Shown piece after piece: positions 43,318 to 53,430 of a DNA stretch of 64,000 nucleotides. Positions within the stretch are counted from its first letter, which is position 1. Each line of letters starts with the position of its first letter. A program made the translations under genes and the position numbers. The stretch spans positions 128,001 through 192,000 of the forward strand of contig CAWBGA010000005.1 in assembly GCA_963788195.1 (NCBI GenBank). The letters are read 5' to 3'. The notes beneath the pieces were generated by a model. That model had not been told where the DNA came from, searched no databases, and saw nothing but the letters and a program-made list of their open reading frames with translations. Origin of the DNA: Nitrospirota bacterium. GTDB taxonomy: Bacteria; Nitrospirota; Nitrospiria; Nitrospirales; NS-4.

Positions 43318-43647
43318 ATGGCGGGATTTATGGGAAACCTCGGCAATATGGGAAACATAATGAAGCAAGCCCAGGCCATGCAGGAACAACTTGCCAAGCT
43401 GCAGGCAGAGGTCGCGACGAAAACCGTGCAGGCATCCTCCGGCGGCGGGATTATCACGGTCGTTGCCAACGGCGGCATGGAGATTGTCTCTATTAAGATT
43501 GATCCGGAGTTCCTCAAAAGCAACGACGTTGAAATGCTGCAGGACATGGTCATGGCGGCCACGAATGAAGCGCTGCGAAAAGCCCGCGAGATGGTGGCCG
43601 AGGAGATGAAAGCCGTCACGGGCGGTCTGCAAATTCCGGGACTGTAG
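43318..43647 (+). CDS. ybaB: YbaB/EbfC nucleoid-associated protein
   Basis: MKQAQAMQ, SSGGG, MLQDMVMAA; between dnaX and recR. Confidence 0.93.
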   Translation: MAGFMGNLGNMGNIMKQAQAMQEQLAKLQAEVATKTVQASSGGGIITVVANGGMEIVSIKIDPEFLKSNDVEMLQDMVMAATNEALRKAREMVAEEMKAVTGGLQIPGL

Positions 43648-43648
43648 G

Positions 43649-44248
43649 ATGGATCAGAAGGGAATTCTGGCGGACCTCGTCGGTGAACTTCACCGCTTAC
43701 CAGGTATCGGCCGGAAAACGGCGCAGCGGCTGGCCTTTCACATCCTCAAACAGCCCACTGAAGACGCCGCCCGGTTGGCGGAAGCCATTGTGGCTGTGAA
43801 AGAGCGTCTAGGGCTGTGCCAGGAGTGTCGGAACATTGCGGAAGGGGAGCGCTGCGAGATCTGCCTGGACGCGAGGCGGGATCGGACGCGAGTTGTGGTC
43901 ATCGAAGATGTGCCCACCCTCCATGCCATCGAGCGAACACGCGGCTACAAAGGGCTGTATCACGTTCTGGCGGGTGCGTTGTCGCCTTTAGACGGGGTTG
44001 GGCCGGCGGACATCAAGGCGCAGGATCTTGCTGACCGAGTTGCCCGAAGCCAGATCGAGGAGGTCATCTTGGCGACGTCGCCGACCATTGAAGGCGAGGC
44101 CACGGCGATTTATCTGTCGCGTCTTCTGATGCCCTTGGGCCGGCGGATCAGTCGTATCGCCTTGGGGGTGCCGGTGGGTATGGACCTCGAATACGCAGAT
44201 GAAGTCACGCTCCTCAAATCGCTGGACGGGCGCCGGGAAATTGCCTGA
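43649..44248 (+). CDS. recR: Recombination mediator RecR
   Basis: LPGIGRKTAQR, C4 finger, YHVL.G.LSPLDG, EGEATA. Confidence 0.97.
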   Translation: MDQKGILADLVGELHRLPGIGRKTAQRLAFHILKQPTEDAARLAEAIVAVKERLGLCQECRNIAEGERCEICLDARRDRTRVVVIEDVPTLHAIERTRGYKGLYHVLAGALSPLDGVGPADIKAQDLADRVARSQIEEVILATSPTIEGEATAIYLSRLLMPLGRRISRIALGVPVGMDLEYADEVTLLKSLDGRREIA

Positions 44249-44262
44249 GGCTGCAAGGAGAG

Positions 44263-44706
44263 ATGAAGCCAAAGACCATTAAGAAGACAGCCCCCGCCAA
44301 GACCGCCTCAGTCAAGGCGAGTGCGAAACGCCCGCGGGACACGCGACAGAAGGGAAAGTACGAAACGATCCGGCAAGATCTGCTCAATCAACGCCGGGCG
44401 CTGCTGAAGGAAGCCGGGATCAGCTTGCCCGACCGACAGGATCAGATCATTTCGCCCGACACGACCGACCAGGCACAAGCGGAAATGGACCGGAATTTTC
44501 TCCTGCGGCTCAAGGAGCGTGAACAAAAGCTAATAAAGAAGATCGATCAAGCGGTGGAACGGATTGATAACGGCACCTTTGGAATCTGTCGTGGGTGCGG
44601 CAATGAGATTCCTCTGCCGCGGCTCAAAGCCAGACCGGTGGCCGATTTGTGTATCGAGTGCAAAACCCGCCAAGAGGAAGATGAACTGATCCGGGGACAA
44701 CCCTAG
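44263..44706 (+). CDS. dksA: DksA/TraR C4 zinc-finger protein
   Basis: DTTDQA, GTFGICRGCG.EI...RL.ARP.A.LCIECK. Confidence 0.88.
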   Translation: MKPKTIKKTAPAKTASVKASAKRPRDTRQKGKYETIRQDLLNQRRALLKEAGISLPDRQDQIISPDTTDQAQAEMDRNFLLRLKEREQKLIKKIDQAVERIDNGTFGICRGCGNEIPLPRLKARPVADLCIECKTRQEEDELIRGQP

Positions 44707-44725
44707 TCCGGGAAAAGGACCCATC

Positions 44726-45880
44726 TTACTTTCCCGCCTTTTCTAAAGCCTGCACACGCTCTTTGGCCTTGACGATCCGATCTTTCTCGCCCGGCTTGGG
44801 ATCCACATATGCCAGGTAATTTTCATACGCGGTAAGGGCGCGGCGAGGCTGTGTCGCCTCTATGGCTTCAGCCAAATTAAAATGGGCAAGCGCATAGTTC
44901 GCCTTCAATCCGATGGCGGTGTGGTATGCCTCCACGGCACGCTTGGTATCCCCCATCATCGCGTAGACTTTTCCCAGATGGTTCACCACCTCGGGGATGG
45001 ATGGTCGGATCTTCAAAGACATCTCCATAGCCCCAGCCGCTTCCTTGAGAAGGCCTTTGTCCCTGTATGCAAGGCCCAAACGATGATAGGCCTCAGCCTG
45101 ATAGAGAGGTTCACTCAACCCGATATCGATGGCCCGCTTGTAGGCTTCGACCGCGACATCGACTGCCGGGTTGCCACAGAGCGCGAAGTGAGCGATCTCT
45201 CCCTTCGCGAATTGCTGGCGCGCGGCGTAGTCTCGGCTTTCGCTTTCCTGGGGCCCGAAACGACTGGAGACTGTATTGGTGGGAAGAAGGATCTGAGCTA
45301 GATATTCCTGCCGATAGGGGCTGAGCAAAGGACCATACGCCGTCAATACGTTGGAGTCGATGTAGAGAAATTGCCGCCCTTTATGGGGTATGACGATAGC
45401 TCTGCCGCTGATCTTTTCTCTCTGATCCATATAGAGCCGACCTGAAGTCGGACCGCTGAGTCGCTGCGCGATCACGGTAGGCAGGAGAAATTCCGTCGCG
45501 GTCTGCTTCGAGATCCACGCCGCATAGGCCGGTTGTGTAGCCAGATCGATACCTTCATATACGATATCGATATACCCGACCAGGACGCCACGGTCGTCGA
45601 AAAATAAATGGTACTCGCTTTCGCGGCCTGCCGTGGTTCGATAGGTAACGACTTTCTCGCCTGTTCCCCAGACGCCTCTATCGGTGCGGTGGCCGGCTTC
45701 ATGCATGAGCACGGCCTCTCGGCGGTCACAGAGATTCCACACCGGCGGCGGCATCAGACGGGGGATTGGAGGTACTGGAGGATCGTTGGTTACGGTGGGG
45801 CCGCTGCTGCAACTGATTGTTCCGGCAAGCAAGAGCACGCCGAGTGCAAAACACAGAACCTTACGGTGAAGGTAAGCCAT
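44726..45880 (-). CDS. TPR-repeat lipoprotein
   Basis: Signal peptide with Cys; C-terminal TPRs (AYHRLGLAY, HLGKVY, AHFNLA). Confidence 0.8.
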   Translation of the reverse strand: MAYLHRKVLCFALGVLLLAGTISCSSGPTVTNDPPVPPIPRLMPPPVWNLCDRREAVLMHEAGHRTDRGVWGTGEKVVTYRTTAGRESEYHLFFDDRGVLVGYIDIVYEGIDLATQPAYAAWISKQTATEFLLPTVIAQRLSGPTSGRLYMDQREKISGRAIVIPHKGRQFLYIDSNVLTAYGPLLSPYRQEYLAQILLPTNTVSSRFGPQESESRDYAARQQFAKGEIAHFALCGNPAVDVAVEAYKRAIDIGLSEPLYQAEAYHRLGLAYRDKGLLKEAAGAMEMSLKIRPSIPEVVNHLGKVYAMMGDTKRAVEAYHTAIGLKANYALAHFNLAEAIEATQPRRALTAYENYLAYVDPKPGEKDRIVKAKERVQALEKAGK

Positions 45881-45913
45881 GAGGAGAAAGGAAGTATATC
45901 AGGAAGGAACGGA

Positions 45914-46264
45914 TCAGTGCTCGCCGCGCTGTTTCCAATGATACCGGTACTTCACAGTCGTGTCTTGGTAAATCTCATCCTGCACCGTGTAGCCGAAAAC
46001 GGCTGGGGCCAGGCCGGCCAGCAAATATAACGGCTGCTGCACGAGCAGGTCAAAGACGATCCCAACTGGATGAATGACAAACGCCATGAGACGTATCGGA
46101 TAGCTCCCATCCCAGCCCGGGGTAATCAGGCCGGAATCAATCCCGTTCGGAAGATCCAGAGGCATGGGGGTGGGGAAAGTATCGGACCGAACAGGCCCTG
46201 CACATCCGCCTACTCCCAAGGCCGCGACCGTCAGTAACCCGATTGCGATAAGGCTCAGTTTCAT
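45914..46264 (-). CDS. Hypothetical lipoprotein
   Basis: GGAGG RBS, GGC lipobox, YPIRL.AF..HPVG. Confidence 0.7.
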   Translation of the reverse strand: MKLSLIAIGLLTVAALGVGGCAGPVRSDTFPTPMPLDLPNGIDSGLITPGWDGSYPIRLMAFVIHPVGIVFDLLVQQPLYLLAGLAPAVFGYTVQDEIYQDTTVKYRYHWKQRGEH

Positions 46265-46431
46265 GTGACGCCCTCCATGCATAAGGGAGATTATACCTAA
46301 GTGAAGGGGGCTTGTCCAGCGGAAGTAGATAGATGTGTGAACACGTGGGTTGCGGCTCATGTGTTCCGTTTTTAAATAAAAGACTGTGATATCAATATAG
46401 TGTACATCTTGCAGATTTCAACTGCTGGATT

Positions 46432-47454
46432 CTACGACGATGGCCTGCTTCTGACCTTCCGCCACGCCAAGGCGACAAGGAGGCCTGCGCCAACCATCGC
46501 CAGCCCACCACGGTGCGTCGTCGCCCAAAGTTGCGGGCTGTGGCTGAACGCGCGCTTGTCGAACTCTCCATGCGCACCATGGTCGCCTGGAATGGCGCTC
46601 CACAGGTTGTTCGGTCGGGCCGGGTCCACTGGTTCGTCGGTTTGCTGGGCATCATAGCCTGTCTTGGCTAAGTACCAATCTCCGAACCCTGGGAGGAACT
46701 TGTTCCCCATAATCACGATCGAAGTCGAGAGCCCGACGTTTAATTCCCGCCGTTTGTGACGGGCGGCCCAGAGGATGCCTTGAGCAGCTACCTCCGGCTG
46801 GAAGATCGGTGGCACCGGTTGGGGATGCCTCGGCATCCGAGTCTTAATCCAGCCAAATTGCGGCGTGTTCAGCGCGGGCATCTGGACCATCGTTACCCGC
46901 ACGCGGCTTCTGTCGTGGATCAATTCCGACCGCAGAGAATCCGTAAAGCCCTTCACCGCATGCTTGGCGGCGCAATATGCCGATTGCAATGGAATTGAGC
47001 GGTAGGCAAGCGCTGAGCCGACTTGAACGATCACACCCTCATCACGCGGGAGCATGCGGCGCAGTGCGGCCAGGGTGCCGTACACGTATCCCAAATAGGT
47101 GACCTCGGTGACTCGCTGAAATTCCTGTGGTGTCATTTCCTTTATCGGAGAGATGACCGACACCATGGCATTATTCACCCAAATATCGATCGGACCGAAC
47201 GCGTCTTCAACAGCCGCTGCGGCCGCTTCGACTTCATCGGCCTTTGCAACGTCGGTGCGAAAAACGAGCGCTTTCCCGCCCGTCGCTATTACCTCTCGGT
47301 GGGCGCCCTCCAAACCCTCGTCATCCCGAGCTAAGAGCCCGATGTAGGCCCCTTCTTTCGCAAAGGCCCGAACCGTGGCACGGCCGACGCCCGCCGAGGC
47401 GCCGGTAATCACCACGACTTCGGGTTTGCGTTGTCCCTTGGGACTAAACGTCAT
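46432..47454 (-). CDS. SDR-family oxidoreductase
   Basis: TGASAGVG, NNA, YCAAK. Confidence 0.92.
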   Translation of the reverse strand: MTFSPKGQRKPEVVVITGASAGVGRATVRAFAKEGAYIGLLARDDEGLEGAHREVIATGGKALVFRTDVAKADEVEAAAAAVEDAFGPIDIWVNNAMVSVISPIKEMTPQEFQRVTEVTYLGYVYGTLAALRRMLPRDEGVIVQVGSALAYRSIPLQSAYCAAKHAVKGFTDSLRSELIHDRSRVRVTMVQMPALNTPQFGWIKTRMPRHPQPVPPIFQPEVAAQGILWAARHKRRELNVGLSTSIVIMGNKFLPGFGDWYLAKTGYDAQQTDEPVDPARPNNLWSAIPGDHGAHGEFDKRAFSHSPQLWATTHRGGLAMVGAGLLVALAWRKVRSRPSS

Positions 47455-47558
47455 GTCTTTCCTCATGCCGACCGTGCCGGGTTCCAAAGTGTGCCGGAAC
47501 GACTGCGACAAACGTAATTATACGATATACTCGTAAACTTTCTGCCCGGGAGGCCAAG

Positions 47559-48035
47559 ATGCATGGACCGGCCAGCATGTGGCTGTGGGGACTTTTAGCC
47601 ACCGGTCTTCTGACAACCCTTCTTCGTGCGAGTCAAGCCTTCGGTTTCACGCGCATGGATGTGCCGTTTCTCCTCGGCACCATCGTGACATCAAATCGAG
47701 ATCGAGCCAAACTGGTAGGGTTCGTGATCCATTTCATTAACGGATGGCTGTTCGCCCTCCTCTACGCTGCCTTTTTCGAAGGCTTCGGGTTCGCCACCTG
47801 GTGGTTGGGAAGCCTTATGGGATTGGCCCATGCTCTCTTTGTTCTTGTCGTCATCCTCCCACTCCTTCCTGGTGGTCATCCCAGAATGGCATCTGAATTT
47901 CGCGGGCCTGATCCGACACGACTTTTAGAGCCTCCCGGCTTTTTAGCCTTGAACTATGGTCGGCGCACGCCAATTGCCACCGTGGTTGCGCATATCGCGT
48001 ATGGTTTGGTTCTCGGCGCTTTTTATGTTCCCTGA
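47559..48035 (+). CDS. Hypothetical membrane protein
   Basis: Four TM segments; TRMD.PF.LGT, HPRMASE..GP, LEPPG. Confidence 0.75.
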   Translation: MHGPASMWLWGLLATGLLTTLLRASQAFGFTRMDVPFLLGTIVTSNRDRAKLVGFVIHFINGWLFALLYAAFFEGFGFATWWLGSLMGLAHALFVLVVILPLLPGGHPRMASEFRGPDPTRLLEPPGFLALNYGRRTPIATVVAHIAYGLVLGAFYVP

Positions 48036-49822
48036 CTCAAGGCAAGGGCCGCACGGATATGGCCCAGGTGGGAGAGGGCTAATGGAAAGTTGCCCAGGAA
48101 TTCGCCGGTGGAAGGATCCTTTTCTTCTGAATACAGTCCCACGTCATTAGCATGCCTCTCCAGGCGATCAAACATCTGCTGCGCTTCTTCACGTCGCCCC
48201 ATAGCGTGCAGGGCTTCAACCAACCAAAAGCTGCATGCCAAGAAGGCGCCCTCCTGGCCGGGCATATTGTCGGGGGCTCGATAGCGGAACATTAAATCCC
48301 CATCGGCTAATTTCTCCCTAAGAACGCCCACCGAAGAAGCAAACAGGGGATCTTTAGGATCAATAAACCCCAGTTGCGAGAAGAGGAGGGCGGTGGCATC
48401 CACGTCCTCCGATCCAAAGCATTGGACGAAGCATTGAAGCTGCTGTGAGTAGCCGGATTGTAGGACCGCGTCTCGAATGGCTTCCTGAGCCTGCATCCAA
48501 CATGAAAAATCTTTCGAAACATGAAGCTTGTTCAAGATTTGTTGAGCCCGGTCTAATGCCACCCAACACATGACTTTGGAGTACACATAATGCTGCGGGT
48601 GAGGACGAATCTCCCATATGCCATGATCAGGCACTGTCCAGTTCGTGGCGATATAATCCGCGATCCTCGTGATGAGACCGAGCATCTCGCGGTCTACAGG
48701 ACCGCCGGCCTTGACATACGTAAGGAGCCCATCAAGCACTTCGCCATAGATGTCGAGTTGGTCCTGACTCCTGGCTTCGTTTCCGTAACGAACCGGTTGC
48801 GAGCCTCGATAGCCGGGAAGATAAGGTATGCGTTCTTCGTCGCGGCCCAACTCGCCATACAGGGTGTATAACACCTTCAGCCTCGGGTGGGTCAGGGTTG
48901 TGGCATGCATCATCCATTGAGTAAAGACACTGGCATCGTCAGAATATCCGAGACGAAAAAATGTTTGCGCCGTAAAAGAGGCGTCCCGAAGCCAACAATA
49001 GCGGTAGTCCCAATTCCGGACTCCTCCGATGACCTCTGGAAGTGATGTGGTGGGGGCCGCCATGATGGCGCCGGAGGGCGCATAGGACAGCAGCTTTAAG
49101 GTCAGCGCGCTTCGGAGCACCGATTCCCGGTATGCCCCGGAGTATGTGCAGCGCTCGGTCCAATTACACCAGTACGTAGAGGTGGTTTCGATCGCTTGAT
49201 GCCAATGTGAGAGCGTTGGATAGACAGCCGGCGCATCTTCTGAATAGGCGAGCCACAGTATGTGTCGTTCGCCTGCGCTGACGGACACTTTGCCTTCCAG
49301 TTCGCCTTGCCGCAGGTCAAGTACAAGATCGGTCGCAAGATGGATCAGGCGATTTCCCAGATCAACAAAATAGCCGGCGACCCCGCGTGTATGAAGATTG
49401 GGAATCAGTCGGCCATCATCCGGTCGCGGTTTAAAAACGATGTCAAGTTCGACCCTGCCGTCAAGTCCTTCAATGACACGCAAGAGACTCGATAAGGGGA
49501 AGAGTTGGTTCTTCTTCTCTTCTTCGGAGGAAACGGGCATCAAGTCTGTGATTCGAACTTTTCCCTCTGTTGTTGAGAACTCGGTGACCAGGATGGCAGT
49601 GGAAGGGTGGTAATAGCGCCGGCTGGAGAATACACCTGTGGGGGCAATCGTAAAATGACCGCCGTGCCATGGATCGAGTAAGCGATTGAATAGCGAAGGG
49701 CCATCGAAACGAGGAAGGCAGAGCCAGTCAATGCTACCGTCAGATGAGATTAAAGCTGCAGTTCGTGAATCCCCCACCATCGCGTACTCGGAAATCGGGG
49801 TTTCGATTGAGCGACTACGCAT
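48023..49822 (-). CDS. Glycoside hydrolase family 15 (glucoamylase/trehalase-like)
   Basis: GSIDWLCLPRFD, AAPTTSLPE, NWDYRYCWLRD, GIWE, EGAF..CSFW, LGNFP. Confidence 0.93.
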   Translation of the reverse strand: MRSRSIETPISEYAMVGDSRTAALISSDGSIDWLCLPRFDGPSLFNRLLDPWHGGHFTIAPTGVFSSRRYYHPSTAILVTEFSTTEGKVRITDLMPVSSEEEKKNQLFPLSSLLRVIEGLDGRVELDIVFKPRPDDGRLIPNLHTRGVAGYFVDLGNRLIHLATDLVLDLRQGELEGKVSVSAGERHILWLAYSEDAPAVYPTLSHWHQAIETTSTYWCNWTERCTYSGAYRESVLRSALTLKLLSYAPSGAIMAAPTTSLPEVIGGVRNWDYRYCWLRDASFTAQTFFRLGYSDDASVFTQWMMHATTLTHPRLKVLYTLYGELGRDEERIPYLPGYRGSQPVRYGNEARSQDQLDIYGEVLDGLLTYVKAGGPVDREMLGLITRIADYIATNWTVPDHGIWEIRPHPQHYVYSKVMCWVALDRAQQILNKLHVSKDFSCWMQAQEAIRDAVLQSGYSQQLQCFVQCFGSEDVDATALLFSQLGFIDPKDPLFASSVGVLREKLADGDLMFRYRAPDNMPGQEGAFLACSFWLVEALHAMGRREEAQQMFDRLERHANDVGLYSEEKDPSTGEFLGNFPLALSHLGHIRAALALSQGT

Positions 49823-50699
49823 AGTTAGGACAAAGACGTTCCTTGCAGACTATCACTGTCATGCGTCTGGAGCTGCGGTTCGACCGTCACGTGGTGCACG
49901 TAACCCATTTCGCCTCCGAGACAGCCGGAAAGACCGAGAATGTAAGCTAGAGCATAGGACTCAAGCAAGCGGTGGAAAGCGAAGTGGTTTCTACGATTTG
50001 CTAGAATCGAAAGTGTACGTTGACCCGCTAGTACAGACCATGTCCTCGATAACGGCCTTGATTGCCGACAGCAGGGCGTAAGCGGCTTCCTGACTGATTT
50101 CAGGTCTGTTCGACATGTAACCAGTCATATCTAGCTTTACCAGCCCATCCCGACCTTGCTCATTTTTCGCCACTCCCACGGCGCGATAGCCTGAGCATTG
50201 GCTCATAGCGCACCTAGGCACAGGTACTAATCCACCCCCTTCTGTGGCTTTGACTTCCCCAATCATACGGCCCACTGTCCCAGGAGCAATTAGGAGGGGG
50301 CAGCTATGTTTTTTCTCGTAGCGATATTCAGTGCATAGACGCAACACCATGCTGGACAAGCGAAACCGCGAAAGGCGCATCTCCCGATGTTTGCGTCTAA
50401 ATAGGAAACCGTACTCTCAGCCGAACATTCCTGAGTCGAGTACAGGGGATGTCATGCATAATCTATTTGCCATTTTGATTCTCTTTGCCATTTTGACTGT
50501 TCTAGTTTCTTACTATATAGGCCATGCCTAAAGGGTCAGGGAAGAAGCCAATGAAACAACGCAGCAGGACTGGCCACTCCTACCATGAATGATCGGCCCT
50601 AGCTCTATTTTACTCGCCAGCCCCGACGCAGGATTTACACTAGACTTCACTATCGGTTAAGCGTGAATCGTGGAAGGCGCTATAACTGTATGAGAAGAA

Positions 50700-50774
50700 T
50701 GGTGGGCGATGCAGGTCTTGAACCTGCGACCTCTTGCGTGTGAAGCAAGCGCTCTCCCCCTGAGCTAATCGCCC
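50700..50774 (-). tRNA. tRNA-Val(CAC)
   Basis: Minus strand GGGCGATTAGCTCAG...CTTGC-TTCACAC-GCAAG...GTTCAAGAC...CCA. Confidence 0.95.
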
Positions 50775-50828
50775 GTAACGCCGATAAAATTATCACAGCC
50801 ATTCGGTGCGGTCAACGCAGGATGAATT

Positions 50829-52049
50829 TTACAGCACCTGTAAGAGCAGGCACTTCAGATACTCCGTTTCGGGCATCCCTAGCGCGATCGGATGATCGCA
50901 ATGTTGACCTCTGTGTGCCAAGATCCGGACGGGGCGGCGGATATCGGCGGCGGATTCCCAGAGGAGATCACGAAACTGCTCTGCTGAGAGATGATGCGAG
51001 CAGGAACTGGTCACTAGAAAGCCGCCCGGACGCAGCAAGCGCATCGCGCGTAAGTTAATCTCCTTGTAGCCTCGTACTGCCTCGGCCAAGCGCTCCCGAC
51101 TTTTTACAAAGGCCGGCGGGTCCAGGATGATGACGTCGAAGGCTTCCCGGCGCCGGTCGCGCTCGCGTAAGTCATCAAACACGTTGCCTACTTGAAAGCG
51201 GCAAGTCTGCGCAAAACCGTTCTGTTGGGCCAGGGTCGTGGCTCGCTCAATGGCCCTGGGGGATTGGTCAACGCCGATTACGGAGGCGGCTCCATAGCGA
51301 GCGGCATGCAGAGCCCACAGCCCCACATAACAAAAGCAGTCCAGCACACGAGCGTTGCGGGAGATACGTTCAAGGAGCCGATAGTTTTGGACTTGATCCA
51401 AGAATAGGCCTGTCTTTTGCCCCTCCCAGAGGTCTACCTGTACTGCCAACCCGTTGATTGTGACCCTGCTCTCTGCGGGGAATTCTCCGCGGATGAGATT
51501 TCGCTCACGAGTAAGGCCTTCGCGGTCGCGAGTAGGCGAATCGTTTCTGGCAACGATGACGCGCGGCCTGAAGATCTTGTCGATCGCCTCTAGGACCAGC
51601 TGCCCCCGGCGTTCCATGCCGGCGGTCATGATCTGTACTGCCACGGCGTCGGCATAGCGGTCGACGATCAAGCCGGGCAGGGCGTCACCTTCACTATGGA
51701 CAACGCGATACGTCATCTCAGCAGGAGACAATTGTTCCAGCCCAAGGAGCCGTTCACGTGTGGCCTGCGCCTGGTTGATTCGAGCGAGAAAGAACTCCTG
51801 ATCAATCGGGACGCGCGCGCGATCGAGCAGGCGGGCGACGATCGTTGAGCGGGGATTCAGGTACGCGCGCGCCAAGAATTTACCCCCGGCGTCGTGAACA
51901 TCCACCAAGTCGCCCGGTTCCATGGCAGGTAGCCTTCCTTCGTCCACGTGCGGCCACCCCTCCACCTCGTTGCGATACACCCAGGCATGGCCGGCCAATA
52001 GCTTGGCTTCCCTCCCAGGCCGCAGCCGGATGCGATGGACAGGCTCCAT
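50829..52049 (-). CDS. RlmI-like class I SAM-dependent rRNA methyltransferase
   Basis: PUA-like N-terminus, SEGDALPGLIVDRY, GQKTGLFLDQ, ILDPPAF, TSSCS, YLK. Confidence 0.9.
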   Translation of the reverse strand: MEPVHRIRLRPGREAKLLAGHAWVYRNEVEGWPHVDEGRLPAMEPGDLVDVHDAGGKFLARAYLNPRSTIVARLLDRARVPIDQEFFLARINQAQATRERLLGLEQLSPAEMTYRVVHSEGDALPGLIVDRYADAVAVQIMTAGMERRGQLVLEAIDKIFRPRVIVARNDSPTRDREGLTRERNLIRGEFPAESRVTINGLAVQVDLWEGQKTGLFLDQVQNYRLLERISRNARVLDCFCYVGLWALHAARYGAASVIGVDQSPRAIERATTLAQQNGFAQTCRFQVGNVFDDLRERDRRREAFDVIILDPPAFVKSRERLAEAVRGYKEINLRAMRLLRPGGFLVTSSCSHHLSAEQFRDLLWESAADIRRPVRILAHRGQHCDHPIALGMPETEYLKCLLLQVL

Positions 52050-52065
52050 GAGACCTCAGAGCGAG

Positions 52066-52821
52066 CTAGAATTCATAGTCCAGGATGCTTTTAAAGACGA
52101 CATAGTCGCTTCGATCCGTCCACCCGAACTGCATGCCGAGATCCCAGCCAACTTTCCCAAGCTTGAACTTCACGGCCGGTCCCCAGGAATGCGGCTGCAG
52201 GTTCGTCGTCGGAAAGCTCCCGAGACGGCCGAAGTTGCCGAAGCCCTCGATACCCAGGCGCACCACAGTTTTCATAAACCAGTAAAACCCGGTTTCATAA
52301 CCGAACTCAACATGCGATCCCTCGTTCAAATGGTGTTCGAAGACCGGATTTAAACGAATCATAAAATCTCGCGTTCGTCGTTCCAACAGCAGCTTGAATT
52401 CGACTTCGTCCCGGTCTTCATACGACTCGCGAGGTACCACGTACTCGAAGTAGAGCCCCACCGCCGGCCAGTAACGTGATTGATTAACGAGTCTGTAGAT
52501 CGTCTCCAAGCGGTATTGCACGAAGTTAAATCGCTCGGCGCCCTCGCGCGTCGGTTGCTCGAAATCGGCATAGACCCCAGCATACCAACGGTCGGTAAGA
52601 CCGTAGGCAAGCTCGGCGGTGTGCCGCAGAAGATGTTGTCGTGGAAAATGTCCTGACTCCGGTAGTGGGGTATTTATAAAGGCATCGAACCAGTACGCCA
52701 CCTCCAGTTCGCCGCCTTCGAGTTCATACGGTGAGTAGACCTTTAGATGGCGAGCCTCGACAGTTCCGATCGTTGCCGTCAGAAGGTAAAGTAGCGCAAG
52801 AACAACACTAAATCGCGACAA
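52066..52821 (-). CDS. Putative outer-membrane beta-barrel protein (TTG start)
   Basis: Signal peptide, alternating beta strands, C-terminal YEF; divergent from bfd. Confidence 0.75.
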   Translation of the reverse strand: MSRFSVVLALLYLLTATIGTVEARHLKVYSPYELEGGELEVAYWFDAFINTPLPESGHFPRQHLLRHTAELAYGLTDRWYAGVYADFEQPTREGAERFNFVQYRLETIYRLVNQSRYWPAVGLYFEYVVPRESYEDRDEVEFKLLLERRTRDFMIRLNPVFEHHLNEGSHVEFGYETGFYWFMKTVVRLGIEGFGNFGRLGSFPTTNLQPHSWGPAVKFKLGKVGWDLGMQFGWTDRSDYVVFKSILDYEF

Positions 52822-52824
52822 CTT

Positions 52825-52840
52825 GGTACTCTAGGTACTC
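52825..52840 (-). promoter_or_regulatory. Com-like RNA motif over the ribosome-binding region
   Basis: GAGTACCTAGAGTACC, 3 nt before the TTG start. Confidence 0.6.
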
Positions 52841-52896
52841 TGTAGCCAGCACGCCTCGTTGATTGCTTCCACCCGAGTATATCAAAATCTTTTTTG

Positions 52897-52952
52897 TTGA
52901 CAAGGATCCATGAAGCAAGTAAACTCATCATGAAGTTGATAACGGTTATCAA
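52897..52952 (+). promoter_or_regulatory. bfd promoter and Fur-like box
   Basis: TTGACA-17-TAAACT; perfect palindrome TTGATAAC-G-GTTATCAA at 52936-52952. Confidence 0.75.
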
Positions 52953-52978
52953 TATCGTTATATCAGCTGGATCGATCT

Positions 52979-52994
52979 GCGGGCCTTGAGCCCC
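52979..52994 (+). promoter_or_regulatory. Com-like RNA motif in the bfd leader
   Basis: GCGGGCCTTGAGCCCC (stem GGGC/GCCC, loop CTTGA). Confidence 0.5.
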
Positions 52995-53016
52995 CACAGG
53001 CAAAGAGGGCGTTCAC

Positions 53017-53241
53017 ATGTACGTATGTCTTTGCAAAGGAATCACGGAATCGGATGTACGGCAGTGCGGCCGAAACGGCTGCGTAACGCCGCAGGCGCTG
53101 GCGTGTCGCTTAGGAATTAATTCAGAGGAGTGCTGCGGCCGGTGCCTGAGAAATCTTGAAGAAATTGCCGCCTTGGCATGCAATGAATACACGGACACCA
53201 CACGCGAGCCCCTGATTCATCCCTATCTCCATCTCCGCTAG
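53017..53241 (+). CDS. bfd: Bacterioferritin-associated ferredoxin
   Basis: MYVCLCKGITE...CCGRC; upstream of bfr. Confidence 0.9.
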   Translation: MYVCLCKGITESDVRQCGRNGCVTPQALACRLGINSEECCGRCLRNLEEIAALACNEYTDTTREPLIHPYLHLR

Positions 53242-53315
53242 GAACCATCCTCCGCTCTCCCAGTGTCACCAGGGTGTTGGGCTCCTGTCGCTTCGGCATA
53301 CGCCCCTGTTAAGGA

Positions 53316-53394
53316 TTGACAACCCGGCCCGTTCTGTTTAGCTTGTGCATTCCAGTCGGTTGTTAGGTTTGCGGCAGAGAGCGCCCCGAGGCCC
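53316..53394 (+). promoter_or_regulatory. bfr promoter and Com-like leader motif
   Basis: TTGACA-17-TAGCTT; GAGCGCCCCGAGGCCC at 53379-53394. Confidence 0.55.
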
Positions 53395-53430
53395 CGCCGG
53401 TCCACGATCATTCTTCAAGGGGGAACCAAC

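Noticed and set aside
49850..50699. Complete genomic island or genes at the tRNA-Val 3' end
   Set aside because: No integrase or duplicated tRNA end found; the short ORFs have no recognisable motifs.
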